The notes: generated by a model not told the origin, from the sequence alone. DNA of 64,000 bases from Azolla caroliniana (GCA_043228905.1 JBHGNT010000008.1:20894001-20958000); one strand, 5' to 3'; shown: positions 48,301 through 61,982, counted from the first letter of the stretch. Numbers and translations: made by a program.

Positions 48301-50857
48301 CATTGACCTCTGATCCTTTGGTACATGCATATATGTCAAACATCCAAACACCTTCAGATGTTGATAAGAGATATCCTTACCTGTCCACACCCTCTATGAG
48401 ACATCACCCTTTAATGGTACTGAGGGAGACCTATTGATCAGATAGACAGTTGTGTACATCGCCTCAGCCCAATAGGATTTCAACAGTTTCGCATGAGAGA
48501 GCATGCTCCGTACTCTCTCGAAAATCATTCGATTCATCCTCTCTGGAAGCCCATTCAACTCTGGGGTCTTTGGCACTGTGTATTTGATCTGAATACCTTG
48601 GCACTTGTAGTATTCCTCAAACTGCCCTCTATACTCACCACCATTGTCAGTTCGGACAACCTTCAGTTTCCGACCCGACTCTCTTTCGGTTCTTGCCTGG
48701 AACTCCTTGAAAATTGACAGTACTCGATCCTTCGACTTCAGTACGAAGGCCCATGACTTCCGACTATAGTCATCAATAAACGTTACAAAGTACTATCCTC
48801 CTCGATACGATGGAGCATCCACATAGCACACATCCGTGTGCACTAGTTCGAGTGCAACATCTCTTCTCCTCGGTGGTCTTGTGTGGAATGCCGCCGTGTT
48901 CTGTTTTCCGGCTAAGCAGTCGAGACACTTCTCCAGGTGCACTCCCTTGATTTCTGGTAAAAGTTTTTGGTCTGCTAACAGGTGCATTCCCTTCTCACTC
49001 ATGTGGCCTAGCCTCTTATGCCATATCTCCCCTGCCGAGTCGGCTGCCACGTTTACTTCCGATTTGCACAGTCGGGCATGCATCATGTACAATGTGCCTT
49101 CTTTCGGTACTTGGGCCACAATGAGAATTCCTCGGCAGAACTTCCACTTGTCATTCCGAAAGCTACCACTGTAGCCTTCGTCATCAAGCCTTCCAGTTGA
49201 TATCAGATTCAATCTGATATCGGGGACGTGTCGAACATCCTTCAATGTCATTTGACACCCTGTCGACGTCGTTAAGCATATACACTTCCGACTCCAGTTA
49301 TCTTGCACTCTCCACTATCACCCATCTTTACATAGCCATGATCCCTGGCTATGTAAGTCGAGAAGTACTCTCTCGACGGAGTAATGTGAAAGGATGTGCA
49401 GGAGTCGATCACCGAAGTACAATCTTCACTCGCAAGATTTGCACTTGTCTGTTCACAAATGAACAGAAGTTCCTCATTGCTCGTAGCAATGGCCGAAGTG
49501 CTCTTTTCATCCGGAATCTTCCGGGGTTCAACATTATTTCTGACACTCTTGTCTTTTCTCATGTGTCGGCAGTCCTTCTGGAAGTGTTTAGGTTTTCCGC
49601 AATAAAAGCACACAGGCTTACCTCTGGACTTTGATCTGGCGTGGGATTTGTCCTTTCGCTGCGGACTTCTTCGCCGGTCCCTTCCTCTGTCCATATGTTG
49701 AGTCAGATTCGACTCCGTTTGGGACAAGACTCCTTTGTCTTTCCTCCTTGCCTCCTCGTTTAGGATGCTTGTCTTTACCGTTTGTAAAGACAAGTTCTCT
49801 TCTTGACAGGAGGTGCTGAGAGTAACCACCAGGTTCTCCCAGCTTTCTGACAGCGTACACATCAGCAAGATGGCTTGCATTGCATCATCCAAGGGAAACT
49901 TGGTCGTACCAAGTTGATTTACATACCCTATAAATGTGCAGATGTGTTCGACGATGCTCTCACCGTCTCTGTATTTCAGTCGTACGATTTTTCTTATGAG
50001 CGAAGTTCTGTTTAGTGCGTTCTTCCTCTCGTACAGACCCGACAACTTCTGCCACATCTCGTGGGCATTTGTGTCATTCGCCACATGCTGAAGGACACTT
50101 ACATCGACACATTGTCAGGTTGTGGCCACTACCTTCCTATTTAGAAGCTTCCAGTCCAACTCCAATACCCCCCTAGGTATTTCTGCTCTGTCAACTAGCT
50201 CATACAGGTCTTTAACTATGAGAAGGTCTTCCATCTTTATCTTCCAGTCTGCATAGTTCTGTGAGTTCAGAACTATCATACTTGGGAAACCACTAACACC
50301 TCCTTCCATGCTTGCACCTCAAGCTCTAATACCAATTTGTTGAGAAATCGATGCGGAATAGATCACAATAAACGAAATACGCGCTGAAATACGAATTACA
50401 GAAATGCCAGAAAAACAAGACACACTATAGTGCACAGAGATTTACGTGGAAACCCTAAAACGGGGAAAACCACGGGTGAACAAATTCTTCACTATAGTAT
50501 AGTGGATATACAATACAAAGATGATTACAACACTCTATCGAGTGTATCAGCCGCATAGGGCTCTTCGCGTCTGCTATTACAAACACAGTTATGGCGCGGT
50601 TCTCTCTTCTCTCTTGCGTTCTACGACTTCTGCACTTACACTGTTCTACCTAAAAGTTTGCCCTAGTTGCATATATATACTTACGCAACTTTCTGATTAT
50701 TTACATACGTAGCCCTCATGGGGCGCACACTTAGACTATTTATAAATATAATCTCCCAAGTTGGGTATTTACACGATTTTAGTTTTGGCCGACTCTTCGA
50801 CTGTCAGCTTTCCGAACAGTCGGATCATCCTCCCACTAGAGGGACATATTCCCAACA
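45302..50857 (-). mobile_element. Ty1/Copia element (C-D), degenerate; LTRs 45302-45764 (3') and 50338-50857 (5')
   Basis: PBS TGGTATTAGAGC 50323-50334; PPT 45765-45781; gag CFYCGKPKHFQKDC, integrase LELVHTDVC, RT YVDDML, RH TDSDM; TSD poor (AGTAT/AGCAG). Confidence 0.92.
46274..47230. repeat. 191-bp tandem array, 5 copies, made from Copia RT/RH linker coding sequence
   Basis: CCTTAGGCACACACCT at 46274, 46465, 46655, 46846, 47037. Confidence 0.95.
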
Positions 50858-51499
50858 AGCAGTTATTGTGACTTTCATATTGTTAAGTGCATTTACAATG
50901 GTTAGATATTGCTAGAAATCACAAGTCGTCATAAAGATTTGGTGCACATAAAATAGTTAATCACTGTATAAATGAGCATATCGTTTTTATTGAAGTGTTC
51001 AAGGACATGTGACATAGAGTTAACATGCAAACATGGCATTAAAATTAAAACTATATGTTATTTTATTTTAATTCTTAGAATCCTCATTTGATAGATTAAG
51101 GTTGTGGTTACAACCAATGTAGGTAGTAAGACTTAAAGAGTTAGATGTAGTTTTGTGGTGTACCTGAGTTTGAAGGGTTGGTTATACATTGGAGACCCCA
51201 TTGATAGCCTTAATAGTGGCAACAAATCCCCGATCGTTGACCATGACATTATAACAAGTGGGTGATGACTAGGTCATCTAGAACAATATAGTGGCCATAA
51301 TGATATTAGAGATCCCAACATTTCACGCAACGATGATGGGCTTGTTGACATCATTTAAATTATAGGTGAATTAGAATTTTAGAACTTGGCATGTCATAGT
51401 TTATAAGAGTAGTATGTGAAAACTTGGGTTTTTCTACAATTACCCTTGATGTAGGAAGAATTGGTGAGCATTCTTTGTAAAGTTCAAGAAGTTCTTTCT

Positions 51500-52400
51500 T
51501 CTCAACCTTCTTTCAATGGTTCCCTTAAATAGTTTCCAATTTATTTGAATTCTTTACCATATTTTGTTTAGGGTTTAGGGTTGCCTCACCCCCTCCGATT
51601 GTGTTCCTAGCTAATGTCGTTTGCTCCCCTTCTTCGTCGTACGATTATGGCATTTGTTCTACTTCATAGCTCCCTCAAAACAACATATCAATTACTGACT
51701 TCTTATTACCAAAAATATGTCGTACCTCAAGGTTGGTCGATTTGATGTACATGCACCACCTAATCACGGCTTGATCCGGGGCGTTGCAATTTGTAGTAAT
51801 CCCAAGTAGAACATGTAAATAGTTAGTATCTATAATTACGTCAATGCCAATTAAATAGTCCCTATTAGTCTTTATGGTAGTGACATCTCCAAACCTGTCG
51901 TTTTGCTTTTGCATACTTGCATTCATATCTACTGAGCACCTTTGCCCCAAATCAAAATTGAATATACTTTACTTTCATCCTCTTCCTGACTTATCACCAA
52001 AGAGATCCTGATTGGATTTGAATCAATTGTAAGAATCATTGATGAGTGAGGTTGCTTTAATGTTACAACCTTAGTTGAATATTCTTTCAAATTTTTAAAT
52101 GCATTCAAATTTTGCTAGAACCCTTTTTGTACTAGTTTGTACAATGGGTTAGAGTAGTGGGGATAGTGTGAAATCCCTATACAATAAAATACGCATGAAC
52201 CCAAATATCTTATTACTTTAGACACATTTCCATATTCTTCATTCATTTTTTGAATTGTGTTCATTTTTTGTCAACGCTAGCTTTCTTTTGTATGGACGCC
52301 ACATACGTGCTACCACTAGAACCTCTTGAACACCAAATATTCATTTTAGACCTGTGAATTTCAAATGGATGTCTTCTATCTCTGTAAACACCCTTTAACA
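51500..52400 (-). pseudogene. Highly decayed Gypsy RT/RNase H remnant
   Basis: ORF 51675-51950 VIIDTN…VIRWCMYIKS…VRHIFG resembles the Gypsy RNase H C-terminus. Confidence 0.55.
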
Positions 52401-52415
52401 ATTCATATTGTGATC

Positions 52416-52597
52416 TGTTGAGAATCAAACTCAACTTCCTCTAAAGTGTGAACACACCTTAACTATATACAAGTGTGTGAACATACCACCACTCTGTAAC
52501 AATAACTAATATGCGATAGAATATAACTCCAATGACACATAGTTATGAGGTAGTTAAACGTTTCCCCCCTTGTAGTGCGGCTAGGCAAGATGTGCGT
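52416..52597 (-). mobile_element. Probable Copia 3'-end remnant (short LTR and PPT)
   Basis: Starts TGTTGAGAATCAAACTCAACTTCC, similar to the C-E LTR terminus; TTTCCCCCCT at 52561-52570. Confidence 0.45.
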
Positions 52598-53545
52598 TGT
52601 CGCAGAAATCCGCCGGTACGTGTCGGATCCAAGCAGCACCACCGAAGCCTTGGACCAGGGAGAGATGGGTTTCCGGAAGGCCGAGTTCTCCGAAGCCAGT
52701 TATGCCACCGACACACTGGCTGGAACGGTTCCGGATGCAACCCGGAGACAACCGGACACGTTCCAGAAGCGACCGGAATGTGTAGAGGGAGAGCACGCGT
52801 GTACACGCATCCACCAGCTCTTTCCACGCCATATGTATAGAAGGCCCAATATATATATATTGATATGTACTCAGGACGACGGTGCCCGAAGACAACGAGA
52901 TGAGACATGTCGGCACACTGACCAACTCGACATGCATGCTCGCACGCACACAATGCCGGCTTCGAGTTGGTCTAACCCGGAGAGACAAAGAGGCTCCTGT
53001 AGGCAAGAACTAGTCTTCTAAGCGAGTGGATTCTTGTGCAGGGCACGAACCTTATTCCAAAAACATAACAACCCTCTACCGCCAAGAAGCCAGTCGGGGA
53101 GCGCACGAGCTTGCTTGCGCGAGTGGGGTCTTGCACAGGAGGGAGAACTGAGAACCGGTGCCTTTGAGCGCACGACCTCGACAAAACCCTCGTAGAGAAG
53201 AGAACACCAAGAACAAACCCTAATAGAGAAGAACTAAGACTAAACAAAAGGTGGAACCCAACAAGACAAAATTTGGGAACCCTTTTTCAAGGGACCCTCC
53301 CTTCCTTTTATAGAATGAGGGAGAGGCATTACAATGTGGGATAAATATCCCTCTTTTCAAGGGATACTCTGCTTGATTTTAGCACAATTAACTCCATTAT
53401 CTCCCACGCACTATGATACGGGCTAGTGCACTTAAGATAGCTACTAATTATGTAAAATCTTTAGAAGAGTGAGTGCACGTGGTGCACTTCGATGATTTCA
53501 TCAAACGTCCTGGTTTTCTCATTATGGCCAGAAATCTTCACGACA
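52598..53545 (-). mobile_element. Probable 3' LTR of another LTR element
   Basis: Inverted termini TGTCG…CGACA; purine-rich TGGGGGCGGA next to it on minus; TATA-like TCTATAAAAG on minus near 53305. Confidence 0.55.
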
Positions 53546-55540
53546 TCCGCCCCCAACAAACTGCACATGCACCGGTATGTGCCAAGAGAGAGATGGTAAT
53601 AGATTGTGGTCGCAGGGATCAAATGGAGCATCTCTACTCCACTTCCCGGTTTCCATGTTGGCCTTCGCTGGTCCCGAATCGTCAGCTTTCAATTCCCTCC
53701 TTTCTGACTTGTGCTCACCTCTTCGTAGGCTTGATCCAACCTCCGTAGTAGGTCGTTTGTTGTGGCTTCCCCAAATGCATGCTCGTCCTTTGGCCTTTAA
53801 GCGACCACATGCATGCCTCTAGCTCCGTCCTTTGTGTACCTTCCCGCGAAGGCACACTTCTGCCTCTAGTCGACCGATTGAGTCGATTAAGAGAACAAGT
53901 TGATAGAGCTTGTCGACACCATAATCAATAAAAAACGAGGGGAGGCCGACAACATTCGAAGTCGAGAACGGCGCCGATCAAGCAAATTCTGCACACATTA
54001 TCGAAAAGTTGGCTACAATGTTTCCTACTCCTGGTCGATCAAGAGGAAAGAGGGTGGTCTATGATTCGAGCGGAATTGTGGACGACCCAACTCAGACCAC
54101 TCTCCTATTGGCAACCAAATCAATGATGCCGACACTCGATCAGCAAAAATTCTCTCCTTAGAGGATTCAAGACGCACACACATGGCTACTAGATTCCGGT
54201 GCCATGTTCCACGTGAGCCCCAATATTCAATGGTTCTCGAACTATTCAGCCAACGTCAGCGGCAGAATCCTATTAGGCAAAGGGCAGATGTGCAGAATCG
54301 TAGGGATTGGACAGGTTCCCATCCAATTGCCCAATCGCAACATGATCATCCTGCACCAAGTTCAGCACGTACGCGATCCTAAGAGGAGTCTGTTCTCCAT
54401 CGGCATGCTTGCCAAAGACAAGTAGCGAACAACTCTAAGTAAGTCGGTATGGATGATCAATCAAGGAAATCTCAAAATTGGGAGTGGGCACAACTACAAC
54501 AACTTGTACCCATTAATGGCGATCAAACCAGAGGGGGCCATGAATGTAGATGAAAAGACCGACCCGAACCTATGGCACGGCTGACTCGGCCACATGTCAC
54601 AAGCCGGACTCGATCGGTTGATGGCAGATAACTACATCCCAAAACCTCAAGCAAAGATGGACTTCCGCAAGCATTGTCGATACGGGAAACATATTCATAG
54701 TCTGCAGACTCTACACTACGAGATAGTATGACAACCCCTAGAGCTTGTGCATATCGACATATGTAGGCCTATGCCTGAGTGATCACTAGCAGGCTCCCGA
54801 TATTGTTGGGAAACAGGTCCCTCCGGATGGGAGGGAAGAAGAACAGTGCCGATGAACAAACTCGGCCGAGGCCGATGAGGAGGACCCGGCTACGGAGAGC
54901 CGGATGGTACAGACCCGGTATGAACCAGATGAGGAGTACCCGGCTACGGAGAGCCGGATGGTGCAGGCCCGGTATGAACCAGATGAGGAGTACCCGGCTA
55001 CAGAGAGCCGGATGGTACAGACCCGGTGAGAACCGGATCAAGAGACATATTCATAAATATGTTTCTGAGAGCCCATCGAGGCTACATTTGTAAATAGCCA
55101 AAAAGTCATATTAGTATAAATATGACTTAGGGCAAACTTTTAGTAACTGTTTTTGTTGTCATTTTTCTTTGTTGGTGCAAGAAGAAGAGAGAGCACGTAA
55201 TAGTGTACAGAGAGAGAGAGAGAGAAAGAGGTCGTTGCCTCTGTTGTAACCGCCGCGTGTGGCGAAGATCTGTGAGCACGAGGTCGTTGCCTCAGTGAAC
55301 TCACTGTTGTACATTCTCACATAGTGACAGTTTCCAGCCTATGGGCTGCCGTGGTTTTTCCCCTAGTTTGGGGTTTTCCACGTAAACCTCCTGTGTACTA
55401 TTATTTTTCCCTCTCCACTGTGTCGTGCATTTATTTCCCGTTTTCTGTGTATGAAAAGAAGCTCGGTTGTGGCCGAGTGTTGGACATAAGGAGCCTTGAG
55501 TTCCCGTCAAGTGGTATCAGAGCTAGGTTCGACACAGAAA

Positions 55541-58500
55541 ATGGATGAATCGTTTGGCGGCATGTTCAAGCTCACCGGCTCCAACTATTCAGTGTGGAAG
55601 TCGAAGATGAGGGACATGCTCGTTGTTAAAGACCTCTGGCTGCCTGTTCAGTTTGGGGACAAGAGACCGGACAAAATCGACGCCGCGATATGGGAGGTGA
55701 TGCACATGAAGACAACGGCGTACATACGGTGCTTCATCAACATGAGCCTGTACAACAACTTCAATGAAGAGAGCAAGGCTCATGAGCTCTGGGAGAAGAT
55801 CGGCATAATGTTTCAAAACAAAAATGTTGTTAATCAGGTTTCGGTATTCCGGAAGCTAGTAAGACTCCGGTACCAAGATGGCTCCAGCATGCCGGAGCAT
55901 ATGAATGCCTTCCAGGGGCTGATACACCAGGCAACGTCATTGGAAGTACCTCTTGCCGATGAGGTATTAGCACTACTCCTGCTCGGTTCCCTGCCGGATA
56001 GCTGGGAGACGTTGGTTGTCACTTTGGGCATAGCTGGGCCGGAAGGAAAATGGTTATCCCTAGCAAGACTAAAGTCGAGCTTGCTAGATGAGGAGGCGCG
56101 TCGGAAAGACAAAGATACGAGCTCCGACTCCAAAGCGCTTCTTACCGAATCGGAACGCGGAAGACATAGAAACCGTAGTCCCCAGAACCGGGAGAAGTCG
56201 GGGACACAGTCAAAGTCAAGGGGGAGGCCTACTTGCTTCTATTGCAGCAAGTCGGGACACTTCCAAAAGAACTGTCGGCATTTCCGTAAAGACAAGGAAA
56301 CCGACGGTACCGATTCGAAGCAAACCCCGGACCGGAACGGTAAAGACCGGAGGGGGCCGGACCGGAAGGAGCGACGGCAATCGCGGCAAGTGAAGAGGAG
56401 TTGATGCTCATCACCGAGGAGAGTGAGATAAACCTTGCCGGCGACGAGATGACCTGGGTGGTAGACTCCAGAGCGTCGTTCCACCTTACCCCGGACCGGA
56501 AATGCTTCTCATCCTACTTAGCCGGTGACCACGGCTGTGTCCGGATGGGGAATGAAGGTACATGCCGAATTATCAGCATAGGAGACGTGTGGCTGTCAAC
56601 ACCAACAGGATGCAAGTTGCTGCTGAAGGATGTCCGACACGTTCCGGAGGTTCGTTTGAACCTGATATCAGCCGGTCGGCTAGATGATGAAGGCTACATG
56701 GGTAGCATCCGGAACGGTGTCATGAAGTTCAGCAAAGGGAGCCTGATTGTGGCTCGGGCCCGGAAGGTAAACACGTTGTACCTGATGAATGCCCGGTTAT
56801 GTCCGGAAGAAGTGAACGTGGCATCCGACACTGCCAGTGAGTTGTGGCACAAGAGGCCGTGTCACATGAGTGAGAAGGGGATGAAGAGGCTTGCAGACGA
56901 CAACCTCATTCCAGTGAAGAACGTGCACTTAGAGAAGTGCACTGATTGTCTGGCCGATAAGCAGAACCGGACCTCCTTCCGACCAAGGCCACCGATGAGA
57001 CGTAATGCACCACTGGAGTTGGTGCATACGGATGTGTGTCAAGTAGACACGAAGTCACATGCCGGAGCGCAGTACTTCGTGACGTTCATAGATGACCACA
57101 GCCGGAAGCTGTGGGCCACACCGCTGAAGACGAAGGATCAGGTGTTATCCGTCTTCAAAGAGCTCCACGCGAGAGTGGAAAGAGAAACCAGCCGGAAGCT
57201 GAAGGCGGTTCGAGTAGACAACGGAGGAGAATATCGGGGGCAGTTCGAGGAGTACTACCGCTGGAAGGGAATCCGGCTCGAATTTACCGTGCCGAAGATG
57301 CCGGAACTAAACGGACTGGCCGAGAGGATGAACCGGACCATAATGAAGAGGGTCCGGAGTATGCTAGCGCATGCAAAACTACCCAAGAAGTTTTGGGCTG
57401 AGGCACTGTCGACGGCGACATACGTGATAAATAGATCACCCTCAGTACCCTTGGACGGAGACACGCCACAGAGAGTGTGGACCGGTAAGGAAGTATCCTA
57501 CCGGCATCTGAAGGTGTTCGGGTGTCTCGCGTACGTGCATGTAGCTAAGGACCAGAGAGGAAAGCTAGATCCAAAGACCCGGCCATGTATATTCCTCGGT
57601 TACGGTGACGATGAGTTCGGCTACCGAGTGTGGGACCCGGTCGACAAGAAGGTATTCCGGAGTCGAGATATTATCTTCATGGAGGACAAGATGCTCGCCG
57701 ACTGGGAGTCGGAGAAGAAGATAATGAACTCCGAGTCGACCGGTAAGGATAGACTCTACGATAAGCAGACCCAACCGGCAAGAGACCGGTTAGCACTCGA
57801 GGAACCAGCCGGTTACGGTGAGGATACCGAACCGGCAGATGAAGAGGTAGAGGAAGCTGAGACCGGAACCGGCCAAGACTCCGAATCGGATTCGGATGAA
57901 GAGCAAATGGAGGAGCCGGTTACCGAAGACCGAAGACGGAGATATCCTCTCAGAGAGAGAAGGGCCCCCCGGAGATTTCCGGATGCAGAGCATGTTCTGC
58001 TGACCGATGAGGGGGAGCTGGAAAGCTTCAAAGAAGTGAAGGAAGACACCCACAGCCGAAAATGGTTAAGTGCCATGTAGGATGAGATGGATTCCCTGCA
58101 TGAGAACCATACGTACAAATTGGTGGAGTTGCCGAAAGGAAAGCGGGCACTCCGAAACAAGTGGGTGTACAAGTTGAAACCGGGAGATGCCGGCAACCCC
58201 CTGAGATATAAAGCCAGGATCGTGGTGAAGGGGTTCCAGCAGAAGAAGGGCGTGGACTTCGACGAGATATTTGCCCCGGTAGTAAAGATGACCTCCATCC
58301 GGATGGTGCTGAGTATAGCAGCAAGCATAGACCTCGAGGTAGAGCAGCTGGACGTGAAGACGGCATTCCTTCACAGCGACCTCGAAGAGGAGATCTACAT
58401 GCAGCAACTGGAAGGATTTGTGGAGAAAGGGAAGGAGCTCTTGGTATGCCGGTTGAAGAAGAGCCTGTACGGACTGAAGCAGGCTCCCCGGCAATGGTAC

Positions 58501-59587
58501 CGGAAGTTCGACTCCTTAATGACCGATCAAGGGTACCACAAGACGCAAGCCGATCACTGCGTGTTTGTGAAGAAGTTCGAAGGAGGGGACTTCCTGATAC
58601 TCTTCCTGTACGTGGATGACATGTTGATCGTCGGACGAGACCAAGGCAAAATACGGATGCTGAAGAAGGCTCTCAACCGGACCTTCTCAATGAAAGACTT
58701 GGGTCCGGCAAGACAGATGTTGGGGATGCACATCATTCGGGACCGGTCAGTGAAGCAATTATGGCTGTCACAGGAGAAGTATGTGACAAATGTGCTTCAC
58801 CGGTTCAACATGTTAGAAGCAAAACCGATCGGATCGACACTTCCGGCAAACTGCAAGCTGTCCGGTAACCAAAGCCCGAAGACGAAAGCAGAGAAGGCGG
58901 ATATGATGAAGATTCCATATGCCTCTGCCGTCAGGAACTTGATGTACGTAATGGTTTGTACCCGACCGGACATTGGATACGAAGTCGGAGTGGTGAGCCG
59001 GTTTATGAGCAATCCCGGCAAGGAGCACTGGAACGCGGTCAAGTGGATACTCCGGTATTTGAAGGGCACTTCAAATATGTGTCTCCGATTCGGCTCCGGA
59101 AAACCTCAACTGGACGGTTTCACCGATTCGGACATGTCAGCTGATGTGGATACCATCCGGTCTACATCCGGGTATGTAATGACATATGCAGGGGGAGCTG
59201 TTTCGTGGCAGTCGAGGCTGCAGAAGATGGTTGCATTGTCAACCACGGAGGCGGAGTACATGGCGGCTGTGGAAGCCGGCAAGGAAATTTTATGGATGAA
59301 GGACTTCATCGGAGAGCTTGGTAAACGGCAAGAGGAATACCGACTCTATTGCAACAGTCAAAGTGCCATCCACCTTGCTAAGAATGCGGCCTACCATTCC
59401 CGGACGAAGCATATCCAGCGGAGGTATCACTGGATCCGGGAAAGAGTAGATGACCAGGAGTTTGCACTGACGAAGATCCACACGACCGAGAACGGGTCAG
59501 ATATGCTGACCAAAGTGTTGACACCCGACAAGCTGAACGCATGCCGGAAGAAGATCGGGCTGGTAAAGACACCCCATGCCGGAGTGA
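55541..59587 (+). pseudogene. C-C gag-pol polyprotein with a frameshift near 56370, a stop at 58078-58080 and a terminal frameshift
   Basis: ORFs 55496-56404, 56401-58080, 58087-59649 give gag, PR, INT, RT (YVDDML), RH. Confidence 0.93.
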
Positions 59588-59691
59588 ATCCCGATATTGT
59601 TGGGAAACAGGTTCCTCCGGATGGGAAGGAAGAAGAACAGTGCCGATGAACAAACTCGGCCTCGGCCGATAGGCCTCGGCCGAAACCGTAT

Positions 59692-60225
59692 GAGGAAGAC
59701 CCGGCTATGGAGAGCCGGATGTTACAGCCTCGACCGAAACCGTATGAGGAAGACCCGGCTATGGAGAGCCGGATGTTACAGACCCGGTATGAACCGGATG
59801 AGGAGTGCCCGGCTATGGAGAGCCGGATGGTGCAGACCCGGTATGAACCGGATGAGGAGTACCCGGCTACGGAGAGCCGGATGGTGCAGACCCGATATGA
59901 ACCGGATGAGGAGTACCCGGCTACGGAGAGCCGGATGGTGCAGGCCCGGTATGCACCGGATGAGGAGTACCCGGCTACGGAGAGCCGGATGGTGCAAGCC
60001 CGGTATGAACCGGATGAGGAGTACCCGGCTACGGAGAGCCGGATGGTGCAGGCCCGGTATGAAACGGATGAGGAGTACCCGGCTACGGAGAGCCGGATGG
60101 TGCAGGCCCGGTATGAACCAGATGAGGAGTACCCGGCTACGGAGAGCCCGATGGTGCAAGCCCGGTATGAACCGGATGAGGAGTACCCGGCTATGGAGAG
60201 CCGGATGGTACAAACCCGGTGAGAA
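59692..60225. repeat. 54-bp tandem array, 10 units, in U3 of the C-C 3' LTR (3 units in the 5' LTR at 54876-55027)
   Basis: Unit GAGGAGTACCCGGCTACGGAGAGCCGGATGGTGCAGGCCCGGTATGAACCGGAT. Confidence 0.96.
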
Positions 60226-61084
60226 CCGGATGAAGAGACATATTCGTAAATATGTTTCTGAGAGCCCATCGAGGCTACATTTGTAAATAGCCAAAAAGTC
60301 ATATTAGTATAAATATGACTTAGGACAAACTTTTAGTAACTGTTTTTGTTGTCATTTTTCTTTGTTGGTGCAAGAAGAAGAGAGAGCACGTAATAGTGTA
60401 CAGAGAGAGAGAGAGAAAGAGGTCGTTGCCTCTATTGTAACCGCCGCACGTGGTGAAGATCTGTGAGCACGAGGTCGTTGCCTCAGTGAACTCACTGTTG
60501 TACATTCTCACATAGTGACAGATTGCAGCTTGTGGGCTGCCGTGGTTTTTCCCCTAGTTTGGGGTTTTCCACGTAAACCTCCTGTGTACTATTATTTTCC
60601 CTCTCCACTGTGTCGTGCATTTATTTCCCGTTTTCTGTGTGTGAAAAGAAGCTCGGTTGTGGCCGAGTGTTGGACATAAGGAGCCTTGAGTTCCCGTCAG
60701 ATACTTCATCACATTTGTAGATGACTATACACGAAAGGTCTGGACCTACTCAATTAGGTCCAAAGATGAAACGCTCGAGGTCTTCACTCGGTGGATAGCT
60801 GAAGTGGAGAACCGGTCGGGATATAGAGTGGAGAACCGGTCCCGATCCAACAAAGGAGGAGAATATACCTCTAGAGCCTTCAAACAGTACCTATCTAACA
60901 AAGTGATCCAGCATTAGAAGACCATTCCTTATACACCCATGCAAAAGGGAGTGGCAGAACGGATCAACCGAATGACCTAGGAGAGCATGATAGCAATGCT
61001 CCAGCAAACTAGACAAAAGCTAGAGTTCTGATCCAAGGCATTGCAGACGGCAGTATACCTAGTAAATCTATCAACATCGAAAGC

Positions 61085-61982
61085 ACACATTAAGGAATGA
61101 CCGAGCATGTCCCTCGGAGTCAGTATCTCTACTGAAGCGAGGGTATGAAATAGCCATTTCGGTCGATAGGCTAGCGTTTAGGAAAGTACTTCCGACACGT
61201 TGTGGGTTTCGCTGAGAAGATGTAATTTTACTATACTGGTCCGGTGGTGATAGGACCTCTTGCCTAGTGCCGCTCTGTTCGGTGATGGTGGATCCTAGTG
61301 TATACTCTGAGAGAGACAGAAGGCAGTCGTTGAGTAGTGGTTTCCGCGTAGCATGTTCTTCTACTTTTCTAGTGAAGGACCTGGTCTGCGGTCAATCTTG
61401 TTGAGTTGGTTCTCGGTTACGTCAGCGACTAGACATCCATTCCTTGATGCAAGGCTCTGAGGATCATAGATCACCAGGCGTGCCAAAAGTGTTACTTATT
61501 AGGAACACGGCCTACACTCAGTCCTTCGGGGTATGGCTCAAGGAGGTTGTGGTACAAAAAATGGATTAGCGTAGTAGGTCTAGCCTCAGCGTAATACAAG
61601 GGTAGAGCGCCACTAAGTGTCCGCGAAGGTATGGCGTTAAACGGAGATGGCTACAACCAAGCTCCTTCCTGTCGTGTGTCGTTGTACACAGATATATACA
61701 TTACTTACCCTAAGAATAGATACGCTTATGAATGGATACAGGATGTAGAGAATAATCAATAAGGAGATCAGAGACGACAATATGACTATATTAAACTGGT
61801 TATGCTCAAAACTACGCTAGTTCTTACAATCTTCCTCTGCCCTTTATATATGCAGGGCATAGTCAGTTACGTTTCATGCGTGAACCGTGACATGTTTTAC
61901 TTTAATGCTTCGTTTATAATAATACGCATATCCACTAGTCCGCCTTTCGTCTTCGCCTCGTTTCTCACTAGGGAGGACAACA
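61085..61982 (-). mobile_element. Gypsy (G3, relative of G1/G2) 5' end: LTR 61490-61982, PBS 61472-61485, gag start 61157
   Basis: TGTTGTCC…CCTAATAAGTAACA on minus; PBS TGGCACGCCTGGTG; MAISYPRF…FLNV homologous to G2 gag start. Confidence 0.88.

Larger units (their letters stand above)
54804..60699 (+). mobile_element. Ty1/Copia element (C-C), near intact; LTRs 54804-55509 and 59598-60699
   Basis: TSD GATAT/GATAC; PBS TGGTATCAGAGC 55512-55523; complete domain set. Confidence 0.96.
53870..61085 (+). mobile_element. Old Copia pol remnant (protease, integrase), host of C-C
   Basis: WLLDSGAMFHV at 54183; ELVHIDIC…GSR|YFITFVDDYTRKVW rejoins across the C-C insertion. Confidence 0.85.

Noticed and set aside
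45297-50862. Mismatched TSD of C-D as a sign of inter-element recombination
   Set aside because: AGTAT versus AGCAG can be decay given the divergence between the LTRs; not decidable here.
52532-53021. Cluster of overlapping ORFs on both strands
   Set aside because: Inside a probable GC-rich LTR; no recognisable protein features.
59692-60225. Regular array resembling CRISPR, and repeat-peptide ORFs in several frames
   Set aside because: Units are contiguous with no unique spacers and there are no cas genes; a 54-bp stop-poor unit gives open frames automatically; it lies in an LTR.
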